This document shows, one piece after another, positions 56,930-64,000 of a stretch of 64,000 nucleotides of DNA. The DNA comes from a virus (Duplodnaviria; Caudoviricetes): IMG/VR virus record IMGVR_UViG_3300048854_000081, positions 286,037 to 350,036 of that record; one strand, written 5' to 3'. Made by a program: the position numbers and the translations under genes. The notes under the pieces were generated by a model. That model was not told where the DNA came from. It searched no databases and saw only the letters and a list, made by a program, of their open reading frames with translations. Numbering within the stretch: position 1 is the stretch's first letter; every line of letters begins with the position of its first letter.

Positions 56930-57121
56930 ATGCGTAAGATTATTGTGTTGTTTATTGCTCTACTGGTGTTTGTTGGCTTAGGTACTCTAGGTGCATTCAT
57001 GACCGGTGATCATTGGGGGACCAAAGAGTTTGGGGGCACTGTCTATGAGGTGGTGTTTGCACTGGTGATAGCGTCCATTTTCGCCTTCGTGATTCTCGAT
57101 ATTGATCTGGATAACATTTAA
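56930..57121 (+). CDS. small two-TM protein
   Basis: Hydrophobic; RBS AGGA. Confidence 0.55.
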   Translation: MRKIIVLFIALLVFVGLGTLGAFMTGDHWGTKEFGGTVYEVVFALVIASIFAFVILDIDLDNI

Positions 57122-57178
57122 CGTGTTGCATTGTGCTAACCGTTGAAGTATAATTCGATCATCACAGAGGACAATGCT

Positions 57179-57451
57179 ATGGAACATGTAACATACACCG
57201 AACTGGCAGTATGGGAAGCGATCTTCTTGATCACTCCCACCTTTCGCACGGCTAAAGCTGCTGGTGTGTATTTGAATCCAGCTTCGTCTGTGCGTGACGC
57301 ATTACTGGATTACTTCCTCCGTCGTGAACTGGGGTTTGTCTCAGACAACGAACGTGACGCATATCAGTATGCAGGTAACATCCTCTACAGTGCTCATATC
57401 GACCTGTGTAAGAATGGTATGTTCAATTATGCAGAGGACAAGAAGTCATGA
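57179..57451 (+). CDS. hypothetical protein
   Basis: RBS GAGGA. Confidence 0.6.
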   Translation: MEHVTYTELAVWEAIFLITPTFRTAKAAGVYLNPASSVRDALLDYFLRRELGFVSDNERDAYQYAGNILYSAHIDLCKNGMFNYAEDKKS

Positions 57452-57717
57452 GTATTATTCGTGATGATAATTATGGACTGGTTCACGCAAACATTGCGCA
57501 TAGCCAGTCAGAAAGCTATTTCGATGCCAGTTGTGATGAAACACTACGGATCATTGCGCAGAACATCAAGGTTCGAACCGAACAGGGTGCGTTTGATCTT
57601 ACTTACAATAAGTTCAGCAATATTCCACTCCTTGATGCAGTACACGACACGCTCTTAGAGCTTGAGTACATCGTGCGCAGGGATCACAAGAATCTTACTC
57701 TCACAATTAACTGGTGA
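57448..57717 (+). CDS. hypothetical protein
   Basis: ATGA coupling. Confidence 0.6.
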   Translation: MSIIRDDNYGLVHANIAHSQSESYFDASCDETLRIIAQNIKVRTEQGAFDLTYNKFSNIPLLDAVHDTLLELEYIVRRDHKNLTLTINW

Positions 57718-57720
57718 TTC

Positions 57721-58080
57721 ATGAAAGACGGTGCACTAACCATACTCTTTGCTGCTATAGCTCTGGTGGCTTTAATTGCGTTGGCTGATCATCGTAGCCA
57801 TGCACAGACTGTCTCGGGGGCTACCCCACCCTCACAAATCATCAAGACGGAACCTTACGGTACTCGCCAGATCACGTTGTCCAATGGGCAAGTAGTGAAT
57901 GTGTATGGGAGTAAGGTTACCTACATTCGTGCTGATGGCAAGACAATCACCACAGATACCTACGATTATGTTACGCCTAGCAACACGCATGTTGAGCAAG
58001 ACGATAACCAGATGTGTATCACATACACCGATGCCGCATTGAACAAGCCGATTGTTCAATGTATCCCAAAACAACACTAA
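57721..58080 (+). CDS. secreted/periplasmic protein
   Basis: Signal peptide ending SHA; two Cys. Confidence 0.6.
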   Translation: MKDGALTILFAAIALVALIALADHRSHAQTVSGATPPSQIIKTEPYGTRQITLSNGQVVNVYGSKVTYIRADGKTITTDTYDYVTPSNTHVEQDDNQMCITYTDAALNKPIVQCIPKQH

Positions 58081-58089
58081 GGAAATAAT

Positions 58090-58515
58090 ATGTTAGTTGA
58101 AGCAGTAAAGGGTGTTAACGAAGTTGTTGCAGATATTCTACAGAAGAGTCTCAATGCTGTACAGGATGGGGCAATTTGGCTTCAGGGTCAGCTACCGGAC
58201 GTTATCCGTCAGTTCATTCTGTTACATATTGCTCAAGCCATTTTCTTCATTTGTCTTGGTATTCTAATCATTGTGTTCGGATGGGTAGGTTATTTCAAGA
58301 TGAAGAAGCTCAAGACCGAGTATCTTAAAGGAAATCAGACCATCTACGCGGATTCATCAGGCTACACGGCTGGCATGATCCTATTTGCTGCCTTTGGTTC
58401 TGTTCTTGGATCACTATTCATTCTTATGAATCTATTTGACCTATTGACCCTGCTGATTGCTCCGAAGATTTATCTTCTGGAATATGTAGCGAGTCTGCTC
58501 AGCAACCGACGCTAA
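58090..58515 (+). CDS. membrane protein
   Basis: QLPDVI.Q, two TM helices, IAPKIYLLEY. Confidence 0.7.
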   Translation: MLVEAVKGVNEVVADILQKSLNAVQDGAIWLQGQLPDVIRQFILLHIAQAIFFICLGILIIVFGWVGYFKMKKLKTEYLKGNQTIYADSSGYTAGMILFAAFGSVLGSLFILMNLFDLLTLLIAPKIYLLEYVASLLSNRR

Positions 58516-58584
58516 GTAACAATTTAATAGCTTGACAGAGGGAGTGTAATATATTACACTCCCTCTAACTTTTTGGAGAATACC

Positions 58585-59055
58585 ATGCCTGTTAATATGG
58601 TTGATTGGGTTGAAACTTTCTTTGATGCTGTAGGGCAGCATGGTCCGGAAGAATCGGAATGCATGTACATGTTACGCAGTACCGTTGACGACGGGCTGAA
58701 GTTTCGTGGTCGTCATATTTTGGTCTATACCCTTCCAGAATTCTCCAAGTTTCTTAAGAGTGATGAGGAACTAACTGACTTCATCTACGTACGTTGCACA
58801 CAGAGTGTGATTGTAAACATTCGCGGAACGTCATTGACTCATGAAACGCTGGTATCTCAGATCATGACCTGTATCAATGATCATTTGGACGGGTTCGATT
58901 ACGATGAGAATGCTGCCATTTTCCAAAAGGAACATGGGTTTGTGCTCTCTTCGGTTCGCGGCTATGGTCCTCCCAGCATTTACATAGGAGAAGACTTTGT
59001 GTTCTCTCCGGCTGAAAAGCTTGTCTTTAGCAAATTCAATTTTCGACGGGTTTAA
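58585..59055 (+). CDS. hypothetical protein
   Basis: RBS GGAG; promoter upstream. Confidence 0.6.
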   Translation: MPVNMVDWVETFFDAVGQHGPEESECMYMLRSTVDDGLKFRGRHILVYTLPEFSKFLKSDEELTDFIYVRCTQSVIVNIRGTSLTHETLVSQIMTCINDHLDGFDYDENAAIFQKEHGFVLSSVRGYGPPSIYIGEDFVFSPAEKLVFSKFNFRRV

Positions 59056-59115
59056 GCCTAGGGTTGACGGGTGCTATGCAATGCATTACACTGTCTATCT
59101 ACTTGAGGGATTGTG

Positions 59116-59577
59116 ATGGATACTGAACTGATCTACATATTATTCGATGTCTATCGTTATGTGACGAAAGAAGCCGATCCTGATAATCGATGGAGTGGTG
59201 AAGATACCGATGCTAATGTGTCGTTCAAGTCGGTGCATCGTCATATGCCGAAGAACACATCTTCTTATGAAGAAATGTATCCATGCTTCCCAATGGAATA
59301 TGACAAGACCTACTTCGTTGTGTGGGCAGAATTTTCGACGGGTGATTCATTTAGTAACTCTGGTGGTCATTACGAAGTCATTGATGTATTCTTGGATGAA
59401 TCTTTGGCCGAGAAATGTGCTCACAATGCTGAGCACGAAATGAAAGAAGAAAATTGGTTAAAGTTCTACACCTACGAACGCCAGAACGGCGAAGTTATTC
59501 GCCAAAGCTGCCCTTGGGCTGGTTATTTTAACAGTTTGGATGATGTTCGTGTTGAATCCTTCAGACTAGAATATTAA
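59116..59577 (+). CDS. hypothetical protein
   Basis: STGDSF, PW.GYF..L motif. Confidence 0.65.
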   Translation: MDTELIYILFDVYRYVTKEADPDNRWSGEDTDANVSFKSVHRHMPKNTSSYEEMYPCFPMEYDKTYFVVWAEFSTGDSFSNSGGHYEVIDVFLDESLAEKCAHNAEHEMKEENWLKFYTYERQNGEVIRQSCPWAGYFNSLDDVRVESFRLEY

Positions 59578-59588
59578 GGAATAATAAA

Positions 59589-60602
59589 ATGCAGAAATTT
59601 ACTTCCATTGAATCGTTCAAGCACATCGTTGCTAACGTTCGCAAGTATTACAACAAGGTCGGCAAGCCGTTTCCGACGCTGACCTATACCGGTCGCGTGA
59701 AGCTGCATGGCACCAATGCTGGTGTGCGTCGTACGCCTAGCGGCCAGATCATTCCACAGTCGCGCGAGCGCATCATTGATGTGACTTCGGATAACAACGG
59801 CTTTGCTTTCTTTGTGGAAACTAACAAGGAAGCGATTGCTAAGCTTTTCGAAGGTTACCCACAGGATGAAACCGTTACGCTTTACGGTGAATGGTGTGGT
59901 GGTAGCATCCAGAAGGGTGTGGCCCTGAACAATGTGCCTAAGCATTGGGTTCTGTTTGCTGCCAAGCTTGGCGTGAAGGCTGAAGATGATATTGATATGC
60001 CGCCTGAATCGTTCTACACGGACGTTCCGGCTGATCTTCATGACAATGCCCATGGTATCTACAACATCGCTCAGATTCCTTCTTACGAAGTCACCATTGA
60101 CTTCCTTTCGCCTGAGCCAGCATCGGTTATCCTTTCGGAACTGACGCTTGCCGTGGAAGAAGAATGCCCATGGGGTAAGCTGATGTTTGATGTTTCGGGT
60201 ATCGGCGAAGGTATCGTGTGGCGTGCGAATGAGTATCCCAACATGTCGCGTCTCTGGTTCAAGACCAAGGGTCTGCTACACAAGGGTAACGACAAGACCA
60301 AGCAGCCGAAGATTGAAATCGATGACAAGCAGCTTGCTTCTATTAAGGAACTGGTTGAGAAGATTCTGACCCAAGGTCCATCGGGTCGGCTTGAACAGGG
60401 TCTTTCGTACCTGCGTGAGAACAACCATGAACTGACGACTCATTCCACAGGTGTCTACCTGAAGTGGGTTGCTGGGGATATCCTTAAGGAAGAACTGGGC
60501 ACCATCGCGGCCAGCGGTTTCGATTGGAAGCGCGTTCAGGGTCAGGTTATGCAGGTTGCACGTCAGTACTTTCTCACTGCTATTGATAAGGAGTTTGTAT
60601 AA
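59589..60602 (+). CDS. RNA ligase (Rnl2-like)
   Basis: KLHGTN (motif I), QSR, YGEWCG..IQKGV, GEGIVW, FKTKG; helical C-domain. Confidence 0.85.
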   Translation: MQKFTSIESFKHIVANVRKYYNKVGKPFPTLTYTGRVKLHGTNAGVRRTPSGQIIPQSRERIIDVTSDNNGFAFFVETNKEAIAKLFEGYPQDETVTLYGEWCGGSIQKGVALNNVPKHWVLFAAKLGVKAEDDIDMPPESFYTDVPADLHDNAHGIYNIAQIPSYEVTIDFLSPEPASVILSELTLAVEEECPWGKLMFDVSGIGEGIVWRANEYPNMSRLWFKTKGLLHKGNDKTKQPKIEIDDKQLASIKELVEKILTQGPSGRLEQGLSYLRENNHELTTHSTGVYLKWVAGDILKEELGTIAASGFDWKRVQGQVMQVARQYFLTAIDKEFV

Positions 60603-61081
60603 TGGGTGCCTACGTCACAGTTAAGTTGGATTACTTCCTTACCATTAAGCCACAGGCGAGGAATTTCCAAGAATTAAAAATTAAGTGTGCTAATGGTCAT
60701 GATCGTGATCGTAGCTCTGATGCGGCATTTTGTACGCAATGTGGTGAGAAGTTTGCGCCAGTTACGGTCGAAGTTACCAAATCAGTTGACTACTTTCAGG
60801 GATTCATTCAGGATATTCCGGAGCTTGAGGCTTTTGATGGTCTAGCTTGGGCTCCGGCATATCGTGCAAATAACACCTTCTTTGTCATTGATATTACAAC
60901 TACAGAGAAGAAAGCTGAAGACCTTGACATTAATCGTGGATTTGTCGTGACTGACATCGAAAAGCCACCGATGAGTTGGACGGCAGAACAGACCATGACT
61001 GATTTCATCACCAAGTTTAAGCGAGTGTATGGCGAGGATTCCATTAAATTGGAATATGGGTTATACTCATACTGTAACTAA
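60602..61081 (+). CDS. hypothetical protein with Zn ribbon
   Basis: CANGH...FCTQCG. Confidence 0.6.
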   Translation: MGAYVTVKLDYFLTIKPQARNFQELKIKCANGHDRDRSSDAAFCTQCGEKFAPVTVEVTKSVDYFQGFIQDIPELEAFDGLAWAPAYRANNTFFVIDITTTEKKAEDLDINRGFVVTDIEKPPMSWTAEQTMTDFITKFKRVYGEDSIKLEYGLYSYCN

Positions 61082-61095
61082 CATCGGAGAACGTT

Positions 61096-61566
61096 ATGAA
61101 AGATAAGCTGAGTGAGAATCAAATTAAAAACAAGCTTGCTCGGCTCCGCTTTTATCACGGTCCTGAGGATATGAATCTGTCTGACAGAGAGTTGGCAAGG
61201 GTGTCCAAGCATCAGAGCGAGGAACTTGACGATTTTGATGGTAAGACTGTCTTGGATGTTATTGAAACATTGAAGCATTACCTGAAGTATGATGCTATCG
61301 TTAGTGTGGGTACTACCGGTAGCGATTACTACAATAATAGGAATGTCGAGATTTGCGTGGAATGGCGTCGTCCTGAGACGGACGAAGAGTATGCAGATCG
61401 GATTCAATACATGAAAGAGAATGCATACAAAAGCTGGAAGGGTGAGTACGATAGCCTACAAAAGCAATTGGAACAGGCTAGGAAAGATGCCATTGCCGAA
61501 CGTGACCTTGAAGAATTGTCACTGAAGCGTTTGGCAAAGAAACTGGGATATAAATTAGAAAAATGA
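61096..61566 (+). CDS. hypothetical protein
   Basis: RPETDEEY..R, coiled coil. Confidence 0.65.
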   Translation: MKDKLSENQIKNKLARLRFYHGPEDMNLSDRELARVSKHQSEELDDFDGKTVLDVIETLKHYLKYDAIVSVGTTGSDYYNNRNVEICVEWRRPETDEEYADRIQYMKENAYKSWKGEYDSLQKQLEQARKDAIAERDLEELSLKRLAKKLGYKLEK

Positions 61567-61886
61567 TAGTACCTGAATTTGTTAAGGACTTCTGCCGGGA
61601 GCAATTCCGGCGGAAGGGTTTCATTAGAGTTGCCGTCGATTCCTATAGAGATAAAGAGTTCACAAGCTTTGTCAAGTCCACAGGTCTTAATTTTGATTAT
61701 GATCTATGTTTCCATGGAACAGAAGGTGTTACGATCAGTTTGGATAGTTACATTAACAGAGTCTTGACTTATGCTCCACATCACGTTAAGATTATGATTA
61801 ATGGAGTGTTACTGACGAACATTCGACAGAAAGCATTACCACCTCCGGCAAAGACTCCGGAACTTATAGATTTGACGAATACCTAA
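61563..61886 (+). CDS. hypothetical protein
   Basis: ATGA coupling. Confidence 0.55.
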   Translation: MIVPEFVKDFCREQFRRKGFIRVAVDSYRDKEFTSFVKSTGLNFDYDLCFHGTEGVTISLDSYINRVLTYAPHHVKIMINGVLLTNIRQKALPPPAKTPELIDLTNT

Positions 61887-61894
61887 GGAATTAT

Positions 61895-62083
61895 ATGAAC
61901 ATTGCTCGTCTGTTGACCGTTGTGGTCGCAGTGCTTATTTTGGCATCGCTGATACTGATAAATGTGTTGGTTACACTACCTTCATTTATTCATGTTATAC
62001 TGACACTAGTTTTCGCTGTGACTCTAGCTGCGTTTCTAGGAACCGCTGGTAAGCCACGTTGGATTGAACCCTTCGAATTGTGA
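61895..62083 (+). CDS. small two-TM protein
   Basis: Hydrophobic; RBS AAGGA. Confidence 0.55.
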   Translation: MNIARLLTVVVAVLILASLILINVLVTLPSFIHVILTLVFAVTLAAFLGTAGKPRWIEPFEL

Positions 62084-62092
62084 GTACACACC

Positions 62093-62359
62093 ATGCTTCC
62101 GGAATACGTCAAACTCTTACAAGCTGACAGCAAGTACTACGCCTTAGTAGGCGACATGCTGCGCGACATCTGTAAGGACGACAACCTTCCGACCAAGCTA
62201 GCGGTAGCACGGATCGACAAGTGTCGTCAGGATACGCTTACTTGGCAGGCGAACTTGTCAAAGACCGATCCTGAGTACAATGATAGATTCAACATTCTGG
62301 AAGGCTTCCTTAAGTTTTTCGATATCGTTGAAGTCATCGTTCAGATTGACGAAGACTAA
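62093..62359 (+). CDS. hypothetical protein
   Basis: Operon-packed ORF. Confidence 0.6.
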   Translation: MLPEYVKLLQADSKYYALVGDMLRDICKDDNLPTKLAVARIDKCRQDTLTWQANLSKTDPEYNDRFNILEGFLKFFDIVEVIVQIDED

Positions 62360-62375
62360 CATAAATAGATTTCAT

Positions 62376-62451
62376 GCGGGTGTAGCTCAGTTGGTAGAGC
62401 ACTATCCTTCCAAGTTAGATGTCGCGGGTTCGAATCCCGTCGCCCGCTCCA
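62376..62451 (+). tRNA. tRNA-Gly(TCC)
   Basis: GCGGGTG acceptor, ctTCCaa loop, GGTTCGAATCC, TCCA; CATAAATA upstream. Confidence 0.95.
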
Positions 62452-62459
62452 ATTTCGTA

Positions 62460-62600
62460 AGTCAAAATGCGTAGCTGATGCGCTGGTAGACCGGTTAGTG
62501 ACCGGGCAGCACCAGACGGTGCCGTATAGAAATATACGAGTCGAAGCCAAGGGTAACCAGTTCCCTCGTGTCGGAATTATTCAGTACCGACTTGACTCAA
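62460..62600 (+). ncRNA. unknown multibranch structured RNA downstream of tRNA-Gly
   Basis: AGTCAA/TTGACT, CTGGT/ACCAG, CCGGT/ACCGG, GCACC/GGTGC, CGTATA-gaaa-TATACG, GTCGG/CCGAC. Confidence 0.6.
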
Positions 62601-62626
62601 CTTTTAATTTTACACGACACCATTCC

Positions 62627-62947
62627 ATGTTAGAATCGGACGTCCTAAGTTACCAAATCCTACATTACCCATTACGAAATATTGAAATCATAACTAGGTA
62701 TCGTAGTGGCGTTACAGAGTCCATTAAAAATGTGAATGATTCTATAACTGGTGAAAGGTGGATGAAGGGAGAAATTACTGGATTAGAAGACAGTCCAATA
62801 ATTGGTGGTCGTCGAATATTTAAATATAAAAATATGTTAATGATAACCCACGAGTCATTCAATAATTTTCTAGCTAAAATTGAAGATTTCTATAGTATGC
62901 CTATTGAGGAAATTTCCTTGGGATTACTGACTTACGTAACAGATTGA
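62627..62947 (+). CDS. hypothetical protein
   Basis: ATG 62627; upstream part of the 62498 ORF overlaps the structured RNA. Confidence 0.5.
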   Translation: MLESDVLSYQILHYPLRNIEIITRYRSGVTESIKNVNDSITGERWMKGEITGLEDSPIIGGRRIFKYKNMLMITHESFNNFLAKIEDFYSMPIEEISLGLLTYVTD

Positions 62948-62956
62948 GAGGACTTC

Positions 62957-63208
62957 ATGGAATATTCAGAAGCAGTTGCATTAATCCGAAAGAATCCATA
63001 TAATCTGAGTCTGATTCCAGTTGAGTTGATTGACCTGAAATTGGTTAGATTCGTCAGGAAACTTAATGTGTGGGCAGTAGTAGCTTATGCGCCCAAACAT
63101 ATTAATAAGATTTGGCTTCATGTTGTGCTTGATCACACGATTAAATTTACATTTATCGATATTGACAACGATGGATGGAAATGTGAATATGAAGACTACA
63201 AAGTATAA
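62957..63208 (+). CDS. hypothetical protein
   Basis: RBS GAGGA. Confidence 0.55.
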   Translation: MEYSEAVALIRKNPYNLSLIPVELIDLKLVRFVRKLNVWAVVAYAPKHINKIWLHVVLDHTIKFTFIDIDNDGWKCEYEDYKV

Positions 63209-63230
63209 CAAACCATTTTAGGATAATACA

Positions 63231-63563
63231 GTGGAATATCTAAAGACGCTTTTCTCTTTTGCTCAAAACAACGTTCTATATTTCTATTTTCTACCGCTTG
63301 TAGTTTCACTAGTAGCGTTCATTGCAACATCCTTTACTGAATACAAGGAAGATGTGGAAGCTCGTGAAGCAGCGAATCAGGATACGAAAAAATTCTATAT
63401 CCCGAAGATTAAACTTGGTACACTAGTTGGCCGTGCCATCATTGCAGCCTTACCTTTTGTTAATATTGGTTCTGCCTTGTACAAGTCGTTCTTCATTGCG
63501 AGAGATATTAAGGATGCAGCCGAAAAGGCTCTTGATATTCCATTGGTTCCGAATAAGAAGTAA
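63231..63563 (+). CDS. membrane protein
   Basis: TM helices; RBS AGGA. Confidence 0.6.
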   Translation: MEYLKTLFSFAQNNVLYFYFLPLVVSLVAFIATSFTEYKEDVEAREAANQDTKKFYIPKIKLGTLVGRAIIAALPFVNIGSALYKSFFIARDIKDAAEKALDIPLVPNKK

Positions 63564-63567
63564 AGTT

Positions 63568-63848
63568 TTATTTACGGGATAAAAACGAAGCCTGCGAAGG
63601 TTACCGGAGACATCTAGGGACATAGCCGCTAAGTCTAATCCCGTAAATAATCCTTACATCGTGCCCATGAGTCTGAATGTTTCCGGTGGTATCATTCAGG
63701 TTGACATGATGTAAGTTAGGGACCACCAATGACGTTGCTTATAAAGAACGTTGATGCTAGAATAGCTTCTAGCACGATCACATAGTGCAGTAGTGGTATA
63801 TGACGTGGCGTTTCGTTATATATCCGACATTATGTGAATGAAACGCCA
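63568..63848 (+). ncRNA. block of structured, pseudoknot-rich RNA(s)
   Basis: No ORF; several 8-13 bp helices with G-U pairs (see findings). Confidence 0.6.
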
Positions 63849-63856
63849 AAGTTTCC

Positions 63857-63929
63857 GGCCTGATAGTATAGATATTAGAATACCCACCCCGAGTGGGAGA
63901 CTGTGGAGAATAACCACATCAGGCCACCA
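63857..63929 (+). ncRNA. tRNA-like RNA with 5-nt anticodon loop
   Basis: GGCCTGA/TCAGGCC plus ACCA; GTAT/ATAC D arm; CCAC-cccga-GTGG; TGTGG-agaataa-CCACA. Confidence 0.7.
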
Positions 63930-63934
63930 GTTTT

Positions 63935-64000
63935 GGGAGCGTAGCTCAATAGGATGCATGTGTAAACCTTGTACAAGGTTAGGGCATGTTAGTGTCTATC
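63935..64000 (+). ncRNA. tRNA-like 5' end with D-loop insertion (truncated by window)
   Basis: GGGAGCG-TA-GCTC-AATAGG then palindromic insert AACCTTGTACAAGGTT. Confidence 0.4.

Noticed and set aside
62540-62600. HDV-like theta ribozyme after tRNA-Gly (CCCTCGT loop-like motif)
   Set aside because: Could not build P1/P3/P1.1 or the J4/2 catalytic C; kept as an unknown RNA.

Overview
This 64 kb window comes from a large (probably jumbo) lytic dsDNA phage with T4-superfamily features. These include an rIIA/rIIB pair, a gp61-like primase, PhoH, DHFR, dCMP deaminase, a gp57B/Acb1-like 2H phosphodiesterase, GroES, ClpP, an NAD-dependent DNA ligase, sigma70-like early promoters and T4-type late boxes (NNTAAATA). 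It is an accessory/early region, densely packed with small genes for nucleotide metabolism, RNA repair and tRNA handling (CCA-adding enzyme, minimal TilS, YqeY, two RNA ligases, kinase, HADs, 2H phosphoesterases). It also holds free-standing HNH and GIY-YIG endonucleases and six canonical tRNAs (4 Leu, Arg-ACG, Gly-TCC). Three signals stand out. (i) There is a set of structured non-coding RNAs, several ending in NCCA: two tRNA mimics with 5-nt anticodon loops, a 145-nt multibranch RNA, a ~140-nt RNA behind tRNA-Gly and a pseudoknot-rich block at 63.57-63.85 kb. (ii) A self-contained two-gene operon encodes secreted proteins, one a Gly/Ser/Thr/Gln-rich amyloid/curlin-like candidate. (iii) Several late-promoter genes have T4 capsid-targeting-like N-termini, and an Acb1-like enzyme has the same kind of N-terminus. 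All assignments come from motif recognition and manual folding; no database searches were run.
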